From the NCBI GenBank assembly GCA_964618435.1, contig CAZUAX010000002.1, positions 19,650 to 79,127 on the forward strand: 59,478 nt of DNA, given 5' to 3'. The stretch comes from an uncultured Solibacteraceae bacterium (lineage in GTDB: Bacteria > Acidobacteriota > Terriglobia > Bryobacterales > Bryobacteraceae). A program made the translations under genes and the position numbers. A model generated the notes under the pieces. The model was not told the DNA's origin. It ran no database searches and saw nothing but the letters and a program-made list of their open reading frames with translations. This document shows, one piece after another, positions 45,840-55,480 of this stretch. Position 1 is the stretch's first letter, and each line of letters begins with the position of its first letter.

Positions 45840-46523
45840 ATGTTTCGAACGATTACCCTAAGCGGCCTACTCGCGCTGGCCGCCATCCTGACTTTTGCGC
45901 AGAGTGACGACCAGAAACGGCTGGATGCCGCCACTGCTGTCCTCCACGACACGATGTCGATTTCAGACCAGGCCATCCCGCAGGAGTTGCTCGATAAGGG
46001 CGAGTGCGTGGTAGTGATTCCGGGCATGAAGAAGGGTGCCTTCATCGTCGGTGCGCAGTACGGACGCGGCTTTCTTTCGTGCCGCAAGTCCAGCGGCGCG
46101 GGATGGTCGGCGCCTGCCGCGGTACGCCTGGAAGGCGGCAGCATCGGCTTCCAGATTGGGGGCCAGGAAACCGACATCATCATGCTGGTGATGAACAAGC
46201 GTGGCGCTGAGCGCATGATGACCAGCAAGTTTACGCTGGGTGGCGATATATCCGTGGCCGCAGGCCCGGTTGGGCGCAGTTCTACCGCAGAGACCGACGC
46301 GTTGATGCGCGCGGAAATCCTCTCCTGGTCGCGCTCACGTGGCGCGTTTGCTGGTGTGTCTCTAAAGGGCTCTACAATGCGTGAAGACGGTGACGTCAAC
46401 AAGCGTTTGTATGGCAAGGAGTACTCAAACAAACAGATTGTGAATAGCGGGCTAGCCACTCCAAAGGCGGCACAGCCTCTGCTTAGCGCGCTCACGAAAT
46501 ACTCAGCGCGCCGCTCAAACTAA
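45840..46523 (+). CDS. SYLF (DUF500/Ysc84-like) lipid-binding domain protein, secreted
   Basis: 227 aa with signal peptide MFRTITLSGLLALAAILTFAQS. SYLF pattern GAFIVGAQYGRGFLSCR...GGSIGFQIGGQETDIIMLVMN...FTLGGDISVAAGPVGR. A strong AAGGAGG lies 6 nt (GACAAA) before the ATG. Confidence 0.8.
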   Translation: MFRTITLSGLLALAAILTFAQSDDQKRLDAATAVLHDTMSISDQAIPQELLDKGECVVVIPGMKKGAFIVGAQYGRGFLSCRKSSGAGWSAPAAVRLEGGSIGFQIGGQETDIIMLVMNKRGAERMMTSKFTLGGDISVAAGPVGRSSTAETDALMRAEILSWSRSRGAFAGVSLKGSTMREDGDVNKRLYGKEYSNKQIVNSGLATPKAAQPLLSALTKYSARRSN

Positions 46524-46526
46524 GGA

Positions 46527-46565
46527 CCCGGTGATGGGGCATGCCCCATCACCGGGCATGCCCGG
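46527..46565. terminator. two overlapping GC-rich palindromes at a convergent gene junction
   Basis: CCCGGTGATGGGG-catg-CCCCATCACCGGG (46527..46556) overlaps CCGGGCATGCCCGG (46552..46565). There is no U-tract. The stop codon of the minus-strand GH57-like gene (46549..46551) lies inside the first hairpin. Confidence 0.45.
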
Positions 46566-48693
46566 TCCGCACATCAGGGGTCTCTTCGATGGTGCCTGGG
46601 TCTTCATGGTAGAGGCTATCGCTCACCACAAATTCCTCCCATCCCAGGGGGGGCGCGGCAGCCACAGCGTTACCGCGCTCCCAGAGTGACACCTGCAGCC
46701 GCAGCAGTTCTCCCAGGCGGATACCGAGCGCGGATAACGGAATGCGAAGGTCCACCACTTCACCAACAACGGCCAGGGGTTGCTCCTCAGCGCGGGCAGC
46801 AGGTGGAACGGCCAGTCGTGTCGTGAGGCGGGTTTCACCTTGCTGCATGCGGATTTGAAACCAGGTAACCGTTTGCTCCCCGTCTGCCGCGTGCAGAACA
46901 CCCTGCAACTCAAACTGCTGCAGCATTTCGGCTGCGGGCATGGGCAAGGCGGTTCGCAGGTAGACATACACACCGTCCGCGCCAAAATAGAGTTCGCTGA
47001 TTTGCCTCCAGGAATCCCCCGCACAAATCCCTTCTTCGCGAGCCCGGAAGAAGCCGGATCCGCTCCAGGAACTATACGAACTCCGCTTCCCATCAAGCAC
47101 GGGCGTGATGTTGCGGCTTGGCCCGATTGACGTAATCCGGGTCTCGCATGGAAAGAGCGCCTGTGTGAGTTCTGGCGGACGCTCCAACTCCAGCGTGCGG
47201 TAAACATTTTCGAAATGCGCCCGCAGCAGTTCCTCGGTGACCCGGCGAGTCCAAGGGTCCAAACCCGCTTCCATGCAGTCCACCCAGTCTTTGCTTTCGA
47301 GCGTCAGCAGCGAGTTGCGAGCGACACCGAGCGCCTCCGGGGTCAGCGTCTTCCAGGCACGAACATTCTGGAACTGGCGGCGCGCATGGCGAAGCAGGTC
47401 CCAATAGAGAGGGTGCGCGGCGGGCATCCAGCGGGCAAACCCACGAGTACGTTCTGTCCATGGAATCACTTGCGCCAGGGTGGCTGTGGATTCCGTGGCG
47501 AAACTGGTGTCCAGGCGCGTGCCCTCCACGCCTGTATGCGCGGGCAACTGATGCAGCAACATCCGCCAAAGCGCGAGGGCTCGGGCGGGGTTGGCATCCG
47601 CGCCAAGGTTGGGATGGATTTCAACCACAAGCACTCGGCCATCGCCTTCGGACTCAGTGGCGATCTGCTTCACCCTGGCGCAGAAATCGGCAAAGGCATC
47701 CAGCGGATCCAGCGCCGGATAGACAAATCGTAAGCGCCCGGAGAGGTCGGCGTCCGTGAACCGAAGACTCCGCCCACGATGGATCCAACATCCCGTGATG
47801 TCACTCGCAGTGGCCGCACGGCCCAGGCTCTTCGCAAGTACACGAGAACTGGCTACCCCCCACTCCAGGCAGGACTGCGCCATCAGCGCGGCGCACTCCG
47901 TGGAAAACGCTCCCTCCGCAACGTGCAGCACGGTAGGCCACTGGCCAAAGTGGCGATAATGCACACGTGGCCCGCGGATAATCTGCGTACGCCCATCCTC
48001 GGCGTAGCGGAACCCATCCACCATTCCCGCCACTAGTGGCAAGATCGCCTGATGCAGCGCCCCGCCCAAATACTCCACCTGTCCACTACGGCAGATTTGC
48101 TGCAAACTTTCCAGGAAATCGCGGAGCGATTGCCATTGGAGATCGGCAATCGTCAGCGCGTGTTCATGCCGTAGAGGTTCCCCCGCGATGGCGGCCGAAA
48201 ATGCGGGCTGCGCCTGCTTCTGCAGGTCCGGCTCCAGCCAGGCTAGCTGGCTTAGGCCCTGCAAGTCCTGCAGGTCTTCCGCACTAAAGGAATCGCGCAG
48301 CCTAAGCAGATTCCCTCGCATTTCAAGCCATCGATGGAAATAGCGCGCGTAACGCGGAAACGCCCCGGCAATCCGCTCACTAGCGGCCTCAAAGGCAAAT
48401 GACAGAAGCTCGTCCACGTCGGCTGGACGCAGTTGCTCCGCCGGCTTTCGGTGGAGTTCCAGCAGTGCATCGCGTTGCCCTTCCAGGCTGCAGTACTCCA
48501 GAAACTCCAGCAGGTCTGGCGAAATGGCAAGGGTCACCGGAAACGCTCCGGGCTCTTTGGCCATTCGCAACAACGGCGCGTAGGCGCGGAGAATCTGGAT
48601 GCGCATCCAAGGCAGCCGGTAGCGCGACTGGCGCGGATGCCAACTGTTGGGCTGGTGCATTGCCCAGATCAAACACAGCTTCAATCGCTTCAC
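46549..48693 (-). CDS. glycoside hydrolase family 57-like protein with a C-terminal beta-sandwich region
   Basis: 714 aa. GH57 conserved-region look-alikes are LCLIWAMHQP (region 1), GQVEYLGG (region 2) and LHVAEGAF (region 3). I could not find a canonical HDDGEKFG-type region 4. Confidence 0.65.
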   Translation of the reverse strand: MKRLKLCLIWAMHQPNSWHPRQSRYRLPWMRIQILRAYAPLLRMAKEPGAFPVTLAISPDLLEFLEYCSLEGQRDALLELHRKPAEQLRPADVDELLSFAFEAASERIAGAFPRYARYFHRWLEMRGNLLRLRDSFSAEDLQDLQGLSQLAWLEPDLQKQAQPAFSAAIAGEPLRHEHALTIADLQWQSLRDFLESLQQICRSGQVEYLGGALHQAILPLVAGMVDGFRYAEDGRTQIIRGPRVHYRHFGQWPTVLHVAEGAFSTECAALMAQSCLEWGVASSRVLAKSLGRAATASDITGCWIHRGRSLRFTDADLSGRLRFVYPALDPLDAFADFCARVKQIATESEGDGRVLVVEIHPNLGADANPARALALWRMLLHQLPAHTGVEGTRLDTSFATESTATLAQVIPWTERTRGFARWMPAAHPLYWDLLRHARRQFQNVRAWKTLTPEALGVARNSLLTLESKDWVDCMEAGLDPWTRRVTEELLRAHFENVYRTLELERPPELTQALFPCETRITSIGPSRNITPVLDGKRSSYSSWSGSGFFRAREEGICAGDSWRQISELYFGADGVYVYLRTALPMPAAEMLQQFELQGVLHAADGEQTVTWFQIRMQQGETRLTTRLAVPPAARAEEQPLAVVGEVVDLRIPLSALGIRLGELLRLQVSLWERGNAVAAAPPLGWEEFVVSDSLYHEDPGTIEETPDVRTGHAR

Positions 48694-48758
48694 CTGCTCC
48701 TGCTTTTATGGCGTCGCTACCTGGCGGCTTGCGCAACGCGTGTGTCCGACAAAACCAC

Positions 48759-51281
48759 CTATGGAGCGAATACGCTGCGCACAGGCACCGGGGGAGTTGT
48801 CTTGCGAATCCCCAGCCAAAGAATGGCGTTCAGTTCATTGTCGTCGATGGCGTCTGCTTCCGCGAAGTTCATTCGCTCGGACCGAATCGCCAGCGCCGTT
48901 GCCTGCGGGTTACGCGCGTTCAAATCCACGCGCGGTGCCTCGGCCTTGTAGGGCCTGGTATCCGGCTGGGTCTGAAACGCAGTCCACATCGGACGCGACC
49001 CTGCATCGAACTGGGTCATCGGCCGTAGGCCCAGTATCAACTCTATCGTCCGCAGCATCGACGTGGTGTTGTAGAAGTTGGAATCCACCGACTTCCGCTT
49101 GACGTACGGCGAGATGACGAAGGCGGGGCTGCGGTGGCTATCCACGTGGTCAGGCCCGTTCTGCGCATCGTCTTCAAGCACGAAGATGGCGGTGTCCTTC
49201 CAGAATCGGCTGTTGCTCACCGCTTCCACCAGGAGGCCAAGCGCGTAGTCGTTATCCGCCATCTGGGCAATGGGAGTAGGCTTTCCTCCGGAGAGCCCAT
49301 AGGTATGATCGTTGCCCAGCCGCATCAGCAGAAGTTGTGGCATCTCGCCCTTCCGCTCAAACTCTTTCAGTTCTTCGATGAACGACTTCACGCGATCGAT
49401 ATCCAGATAATCGAGCTCATAGGCTCGATACGTGGGGCTGGTGACCTTCTCCAGAATCGGATCGCGCACACGGGCAATCTGCGTGCCATCAGGTAGCGGG
49501 CGCGGATGATTATTGCTCCACCATCCGTAATTGCGCATGGTGATACCGGCTAACGAAGCGTTCGTCCAAAGGTAACCTCCGGGCGGCAATGCAGCCACTT
49601 CGCCGCCTTCGTAGTCGTACACACGTTTTCGGCCTCCATAGCTGCCGGGCCACATGCGTTGCACATAGTCAGGAGCGATAGCGGCACTCGACCAGTTATG
49701 CCCGTCAGCACTTACGTCCGCGTTCACGTAGAAGTTATCGAACAGCACAAACTCGCGGGCCAGCTTGTGATGGTTGGGTGAGATGTTTTCCCCAAACAGC
49801 ACCAGGGAAGGGTCCCCATTGCCTTCGGGCATGTCACCAAGAACCTGGTCATAGGTGCGGTTCTCTTTCACCACGTAAATCACATGCTTGATGGGCGAAG
49901 TCTGCCCAGGGGCATTGGGAATGGGATTGCCCGCAGGCACGCCGGCGTTCACCAGCAGTTCGTCGCGATATGGCGACGTCGCCAGCACAGTGCGCGTATG
50001 TTCCAGAAGTGCTTCTTCATCCGCAAAGGGAACCACGGAAGCCGTGCCAATCTGCAGACGGCCCACATACTGCGGCAGCTTTCCCCCTTCATGCAGCGGC
50101 GCAGGCCGCACGGCAGGATTGGGCCCATCCGGATTGGGGAAAGGCCGATTGCCGCGGGCGTTCATCGCCATCAGAGAACCATCGGGCAATACCCGGGCAG
50201 CCGTGGGATACCAGCCCACAGGCAAGTGGCCCAGCATCCGGGAACGTGCCGTGCGCACATCCACTACACCCACCGCGTTCGCGTCGGAGCAAACTACGTA
50301 AAGCCGGTTCCGTTCCGCGTCAAAGGCCAATGCACTGGGCGTCATGCCCACAGGCTGCCGCGGTGTCAAAGCGAGATTAATGGATTCATGCACGGTAAGC
50401 GCGCCGCTCTCGTCTACCCCCAGCACGTACGCGCTGTTGGTATTCCCGGCGGTTACGAAGATACGCGCAACATAGGGCAAAGGTGGGGCAGACTCATCAT
50501 CGTCGTCGTCCGCCTCACGCTCAACCCGCCCGGGCGCCAGCAACATGTCCGTGGTGTGCGCACCAACAGAAATGCGATCCACCAGGGCTCCCGTTTCGCT
50601 GCGGTGACGATACACCGATCCATCCGCCCAGGAACTGACGTACACAAAATTGCCCTCAGGGTGAGGCAGAATGCGGTAGGGTCGACGCCCCGTGCCGAAG
50701 CGCGCTGTTACTTCCCCCGAAGCAAGGTTTACCACGTCGATTCCATCACGATAGAGACGGGCCACGTACAGTAACTTCTCGTCCGTCGATAGTGCTACGT
50801 CCCCAACAAAATCCCGTGTCTCTCGCTGGGCAGGCTCGGTGAGATTGATGCGCCGCGACAGTTGTAGCGCGCCCGCCGCAAACGTGAACTCAAATACCGC
50901 CGCCTGTGTGCCACCGCCTACGTACACGCGATCGCCTGCACGGTTCATCGCCAGCCCCAGCCAGCCATCCGGCACGGGAGTACGGCCCACCTCACGCAAC
51001 GTAGCCTGTTCCAGGACGATGAGTGACGGCGGACTATAACCGCCACAAAGCACAATCAGATACTTGCCATCTGGTGAAACCACACTGGCCATCGGCATCG
51101 TGTCCAGCAGTATTTGCCGGCCAGCAGGGCGCACCCTCCACCCGTTCGGCAGCTGATATAGGCCCTCCGCGATTTCACCGGGCGTCAGCCGCGGCGGAGC
51201 CTGCGAAAGCAAACCTACAGATAGCGCAGCCAGTGTGAAAAGCCCAACTGCTTTGGCGATAAAGGACTTCGATACATTCAT
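48759..51281 (-). CDS. secreted beta-propeller (YncE/lactonase-like) fused to a phosphoesterase family (PLC/AcpA-type) domain
   Basis: 840 aa with a signal peptide. The N-terminal ~430 aa has repeated propeller blades (LYVARLYRDGIDVV, VYVSSWADGSVY, LYVVCSDANAVGVVD). The C-terminal half has IKHVIYVVKENRTYDQVLGDM and TSMLRTIELILGL, typical of the phosphoesterase family. Confidence 0.75.
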   Translation of the reverse strand: MNVSKSFIAKAVGLFTLAALSVGLLSQAPPRLTPGEIAEGLYQLPNGWRVRPAGRQILLDTMPMASVVSPDGKYLIVLCGGYSPPSLIVLEQATLREVGRTPVPDGWLGLAMNRAGDRVYVGGGTQAAVFEFTFAAGALQLSRRINLTEPAQRETRDFVGDVALSTDEKLLYVARLYRDGIDVVNLASGEVTARFGTGRRPYRILPHPEGNFVYVSSWADGSVYRHRSETGALVDRISVGAHTTDMLLAPGRVEREADDDDDESAPPLPYVARIFVTAGNTNSAYVLGVDESGALTVHESINLALTPRQPVGMTPSALAFDAERNRLYVVCSDANAVGVVDVRTARSRMLGHLPVGWYPTAARVLPDGSLMAMNARGNRPFPNPDGPNPAVRPAPLHEGGKLPQYVGRLQIGTASVVPFADEEALLEHTRTVLATSPYRDELLVNAGVPAGNPIPNAPGQTSPIKHVIYVVKENRTYDQVLGDMPEGNGDPSLVLFGENISPNHHKLAREFVLFDNFYVNADVSADGHNWSSAAIAPDYVQRMWPGSYGGRKRVYDYEGGEVAALPPGGYLWTNASLAGITMRNYGWWSNNHPRPLPDGTQIARVRDPILEKVTSPTYRAYELDYLDIDRVKSFIEELKEFERKGEMPQLLLMRLGNDHTYGLSGGKPTPIAQMADNDYALGLLVEAVSNSRFWKDTAIFVLEDDAQNGPDHVDSHRSPAFVISPYVKRKSVDSNFYNTTSMLRTIELILGLRPMTQFDAGSRPMWTAFQTQPDTRPYKAEAPRVDLNARNPQATALAIRSERMNFAEADAIDDNELNAILWLGIRKTTPPVPVRSVFAP

Positions 51282-51284
51282 GCG

Positions 51285-52934
51285 TTACTCTCGGAAGCGC
51301 TGGGCGATAGGCAATCGACGGCCGATACCAAACGCTTTTGTGGTCACTTTCAGGCCAGGGGCCGCTTGCTGGCGCTTGTACTCGCTGAGGTCCACTTTAC
51401 GGATGATGTCCCGCACCAGATCCTCAGGCACGCCTTGCGTCTCCGCAATCTCCGATGGGCTGCGCAGTTCTTCAATGTAGCCGCGCAGGATGGGGTCCAG
51501 CACCTCATAGGGCGGCAGGGAGTCAGTGTCCTTCTGATCTGGGCGCAGTTCCGCCGAGGGAGGCTTCACAAAGATGTTCTCCGGCACCGCGCCAGGACGC
51601 CGCACATTGGCGAAACGCGTAAGTTCGTAGACCATCACCTTCGGCACATCACTGATTACGGCAAGGCCGCCCACCATGTCGCCATAGAGAGTGCAATAGC
51701 CCACTGCGAGCTCACTCTTGTTGCCAGTCGTCAGCACCAGAGAACCCCACTTATTCGACAGGGCCATCAGCGTGAGTCCACGCAGGCGGCTCTGGACGTT
51801 CTCTTCCGTAACGTCACGAGGAAGGTCTCCAAATAACGGATCCAACCCCCGCAATACCGCCCCATAAGCCTCGTTGATAGAGGCAACCTCGAAGCGAATG
51901 CCCAAGCCAGCAGCAAGTGCGCGCGCATCACTCAGGCTGTGATCGGACGAATACGGCCCGGGCATTCCGATTCCGGCTACATTTTCCGGACCCAGCGCAT
52001 CCGCGGCAATCGCCGCCACCAGAGCGGAGTCGATTCCCCCGCTCAAGCCCACCAGGACTTTTCGGAAACCGCACTTTCGCACATAGTCGCGTGTGCCCAG
52101 CACGAGCGCATCGTACACCGCCTCCAATTCATCCAGATGGCTCTGGTTGCGATCGCCCTCTCCGGTATCCACATCCACGCACACAAGGTCTTCCGCGAAG
52201 CTGCAGGCGCTGGCGATCACCTCGCCATTCGCGTCGGCTGCAAAACTGCTGCCATCGAAGATCAGCTGGTCATTTCCGCCCACCTGGTTCACCCAAATCA
52301 GGGGCATGGCCCGACGGCGGGCAACTCCGCAGAAAAGGTTGCGGCGCTCCTGGCGCTTTCCCATCTCGAACGGTGATGCGTTGATACTGATGAGAATCTC
52401 GGCCCCTTGTTGGCAAAGGTCGGCGACGGGGTTCCGGCGATACAGCGCTCGGTGGCTTCCCTCAAAGTCGTTCCAGGCATCCTCGCAAATGGTTAGGCCC
52501 ACCCGCCTGCCGCCAATCTCCACCACACGCTGTTCCTCGGCCGGCGCAAAGTGACGCCATTCGTCGAACACATCATAGGTGGGTAACAGCACTTTGTCCT
52601 GGCGAAACAACATCTGGCCACCCGAGAGCAGCGCGGCGCTATTGGTGACAGTCTTGCCTTTCGTGTCGGCGGATTCCCCGACAAAGCCGCAGATCACCGC
52701 GGTGGAAAGGGAAGCCGTCTCCCCGGCCAGTCTCAAAAGCTGCTCCCGTGTCCCTTGCACAAAGCTGCGCTTTTCCACGAGGTCGCGTGGCGGGTAACCC
52801 GTCACTGCAAGTTCTGGAAACACGACAACCGCGGCTCCTCGCCGATTCGCTTCCTGCGTGGCTTCGATCATGCGGGAAACGTTCTGTTCGAGGTCACCGA
52901 CAGTAGCATTCATCTGCCCGAGGGCAATCTTCAT
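51285..52934 (-). CDS. nadE: glutamine-dependent NAD+ synthetase
   Basis: 549 aa. It has an N-terminal CN-hydrolase domain (VVVFPELAVTGYPPRDL, GLTICEDAW) and a C-terminal PP-loop LVGLSGGIDSALVA. Confidence 0.9.
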   Translation of the reverse strand: MKIALGQMNATVGDLEQNVSRMIEATQEANRRGAAVVVFPELAVTGYPPRDLVEKRSFVQGTREQLLRLAGETASLSTAVICGFVGESADTKGKTVTNSAALLSGGQMLFRQDKVLLPTYDVFDEWRHFAPAEEQRVVEIGGRRVGLTICEDAWNDFEGSHRALYRRNPVADLCQQGAEILISINASPFEMGKRQERRNLFCGVARRRAMPLIWVNQVGGNDQLIFDGSSFAADANGEVIASACSFAEDLVCVDVDTGEGDRNQSHLDELEAVYDALVLGTRDYVRKCGFRKVLVGLSGGIDSALVAAIAADALGPENVAGIGMPGPYSSDHSLSDARALAAGLGIRFEVASINEAYGAVLRGLDPLFGDLPRDVTEENVQSRLRGLTLMALSNKWGSLVLTTGNKSELAVGYCTLYGDMVGGLAVISDVPKVMVYELTRFANVRRPGAVPENIFVKPPSAELRPDQKDTDSLPPYEVLDPILRGYIEELRSPSEIAETQGVPEDLVRDIIRKVDLSEYKRQQAAPGLKVTTKAFGIGRRLPIAQRFRE

Positions 52935-53111
52935 TGGCAGTCCTTTTAGTGTGGCGACAGTATGTCAATTCTGGATGACAAGTTCCATTGTAGTGTCCCA
53001 TCCAAGCGCCGTTGTGGTGAAGCCGCTGGGTGCATAGGAAGTCCGCTCCACCTCTTGGGCTAGACTGACAGGAGGTCCGCCCAAACGAAACGCAAAGGAG
53101 CCACGGATACC

Positions 53112-53831
53112 ATGCAAGAACGCAATCGCGCTGAAGTGCCCGCGCATCAGGCCTTTCTTGCGCGCCGCGAGGAACTGCAGGACTTGGATCTGCGAGGCCG
53201 CTTCTCGCACATATACGAGGTGAATCTTTGGGGCAGCGAGGCGTCACGATCCGGTTCCGGCTCTGTCGATGAACAGACCGCCCGCATCCGGCAAATGCTG
53301 CCGGATTACGTCCGCGAACTGGGCGTTCGGTCGATGCTCGACATTCCCAGCGGCGATTTCGCGTGGATGCAATACGTTCCCCTGGATGGCGTGGCCTACA
53401 TTGGGGCGGACATCGTTCCCCATCTGGTGGCCCGCAATCAGCAGAATTTCGCAACAGCCAGCGAGGATGGTCCCGGCAGCAGGCGCTTTCAGATGCTGGA
53501 CCTTACCGCGGACCCCTTGCCGCTGGTGGATCTCATCCTTTGCCGCGACTGCCTGGTGCACTTATCCTTCGGCCATATTTGGAAGGCCATCGACAACCTG
53601 CGACGCAGCGGCTCCACGTGGCTGCTTACCACTACATTCCCCGCGCACACCGATAATGAAGAGATCGAGGATGGGGACTGGCGGATGTTGAACCTGGAAC
53701 AGGCGCCCTTCCACTTCCCCGCGCCGGTCACGCTGCTGAACGAGGGCTGTACGGAGCAGGAGGGCAAGTTTGCCGATAAGTCACTAGGGCTTTGGCGGAT
53801 TGCGGATCTGCCGGATTCGATTAAGGCATAG
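53112..53831 (+). CDS. class I SAM-dependent methyltransferase (putative)
   Basis: 239 aa. Motif I-like SMLDIPSGDFAWM and post-I/II-like DLILCRDCLVHLSF. Substrate unknown. Confidence 0.55.
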   Translation: MQERNRAEVPAHQAFLARREELQDLDLRGRFSHIYEVNLWGSEASRSGSGSVDEQTARIRQMLPDYVRELGVRSMLDIPSGDFAWMQYVPLDGVAYIGADIVPHLVARNQQNFATASEDGPGSRRFQMLDLTADPLPLVDLILCRDCLVHLSFGHIWKAIDNLRRSGSTWLLTTTFPAHTDNEEIEDGDWRMLNLEQAPFHFPAPVTLLNEGCTEQEGKFADKSLGLWRIADLPDSIKA

Positions 53832-53896
53832 CGTGCCCCCTGGGCAATTGCGTTAGCCCTGAATGACCTCAGTATGCGATAACGAAACTTTCACTC

Positions 53897-54853
53897 ATGA
53901 GTGCACCACACCGCCGAAACAACGCCCAGTCTCCTAAGATCCTGATCGCCGGGGAGATCAATGCAGACCTCATCTGCCAGGGTTACCGTGAGTTCCCCAC
54001 CCCAGGCAAAGAGATTCTGGTGGACGACTTTGCCATGACCCTCGGCAGCGCCTCCGCAATTTGTGCGGCGGGGCTGGCCCAGCTCGGTAACCACACCGCG
54101 TTCGTCAGCAAAGTGGGCGCGGACCTATGGGGCGACTATTGCGTGGACTTCCTCACGCGCCTGAATGTAGATGTATCGCGCGTGGAGAAGGTCTCGACGC
54201 TGAAAACCGGCATCACCATTTCTCTCTCGTCTGAACGGGACCGCGCCCTGGTCACGTACCTCGGCGCCATCACAGCGCTCTGTGAACAGGATCTCCCGGA
54301 CGATTTACTGCGCGATTTTCAGCACCTGCACGTATCCTCCTTTTTTCTGCAGGAGGGCTTGCGGCCAGGATTAGCCAAGCTCTTTGCCCGTGCCACCGCA
54401 CTGGGGCTGAGCACCTCGCTGGACACCGGTTTTGACCCGGCCGAGCAGTGGGGCGCGGATCTGCATGACGTGCTTGCGCATACCGATATCCTCTTTCCCA
54501 ATGAAGTGGAACTGGCCGCCATTAGCGGACAGAACGAAACGAAGCCTGCGCTGGAAGCGCTGCAAAATGGGCGCACGCTTGTGGCTGCGAAGCTGGGGGC
54601 GAGAGGTGCAGCATCGCTTGTGGAAGGGGAACTGGTGGAAGCCCCACCCATCCCAGTAAAACCGGTCGATACTACCGGCGCGGGCGATAGCTTCAATGCC
54701 GGGTTCCTGCATGCCTGGCTGCGGGGATTGCCGATTAAGACCTGCCTGCACGCGGGGACCTTCACTGGCGGAAAATCCACCGAGGCAATGGGCGGCACCG
54801 GCGGACAACCGGATGCCGCCATGCTAAATCACTGGCTGGCTCAGCCGCACTAA
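53897..54853 (+). CDS. PfkB family carbohydrate kinase
   Basis: 318 aa with N-terminal ILIAGEINADLI and the PfkB signature VDTTGAGDSFNAGFL. Confidence 0.8.
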   Translation: MSAPHRRNNAQSPKILIAGEINADLICQGYREFPTPGKEILVDDFAMTLGSASAICAAGLAQLGNHTAFVSKVGADLWGDYCVDFLTRLNVDVSRVEKVSTLKTGITISLSSERDRALVTYLGAITALCEQDLPDDLLRDFQHLHVSSFFLQEGLRPGLAKLFARATALGLSTSLDTGFDPAEQWGADLHDVLAHTDILFPNEVELAAISGQNETKPALEALQNGRTLVAAKLGARGAASLVEGELVEAPPIPVKPVDTTGAGDSFNAGFLHAWLRGLPIKTCLHAGTFTGGKSTEAMGGTGGQPDAAMLNHWLAQPH

Positions 54854-54878
54854 CCTCGCCCCTCTCTGCTAGTCTGCG

Positions 54879-55460
54879 CTACTTGGGCCGCGGCGGGCTG
54901 ATCATAATGTGGGCTCCAGGAGTCCCCGGGAACATCAGCCAGGGTGTGCCTTCCGCAGGCTTTGTGGACATGCCGGTAGATTCCTGTGTGGCGTAAGGGG
55001 TGTATACCACCCAGCGCAGATAGGGATTTTCTACCTTACCGCTTGCAGCGTCGAAGCTTTTGCCCGTTAGCACATAGAGCATACGCGGCTCCTTCGGCAT
55101 GTCCAGCTTTCCTTCGTCGATCTCATTGTGCCGGATATCGTTGCGCCTCTGTCCCGTCACGCCCTGGCTGGTGAGCTCACGCCCGCGAGCCATGAACGGA
55201 TCAAGATCCTTGTGGTAGCAAGCCACATTGAATGCAGGGCGGCGAGGGTCGCTGGCCAGGCAAACCAGATCTCCCGTGCCTTCCCGAAGGGTTACCATTT
55301 CCTGGTTCCCGTTGTATCCATATACGGTCGCAGTAGCGCGAAGTTCCTCCGGCGCGGCAAGGATTGCGCCGGCAATCTGATGGTCCCGCGACATTACTTC
55401 CTGTGCAGTACAAAAGAACGCACACCCCACCAGCAGGCATCCCAAGAGCAATCGCTGCAT
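54879..55460 (-). CDS. secreted hypothetical protein
   Basis: 193 aa with signal peptide MQRLLLGCLLVGCAFFCTAQE. No recognisable family. It lies 20 bp downstream of the FAD oxidoreductase gene. Confidence 0.6.
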   Translation of the reverse strand: MQRLLLGCLLVGCAFFCTAQEVMSRDHQIAGAILAAPEELRATATVYGYNGNQEMVTLREGTGDLVCLASDPRRPAFNVACYHKDLDPFMARGRELTSQGVTGQRRNDIRHNEIDEGKLDMPKEPRMLYVLTGKSFDAASGKVENPYLRWVVYTPYATQESTGMSTKPAEGTPWLMFPGTPGAHIMISPPRPK

Positions 55461-55480
55461 TCTTCCCAGCCCTTTCTTTT

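Noticed and set aside
45737-46495. A 252-aa minus-strand ORF antisense to the SYLF gene. Similar long antisense ORFs occur at 30356..31243 and 49884..50774.
   Set aside because: In each case the opposite strand carries a gene with recognisable family motifs and signal peptides. The antisense frames are Arg/Pro/Ser-rich shadows.
46647-46653. A G7 homopolymer inside the GH57-like coding region as a possible phase-variation tract.
   Set aside because: It is a single short run encoding Pro-Pro-Leu near the C-terminus, with no associated contingency-locus features. It is too short to argue for slipped-strand switching.
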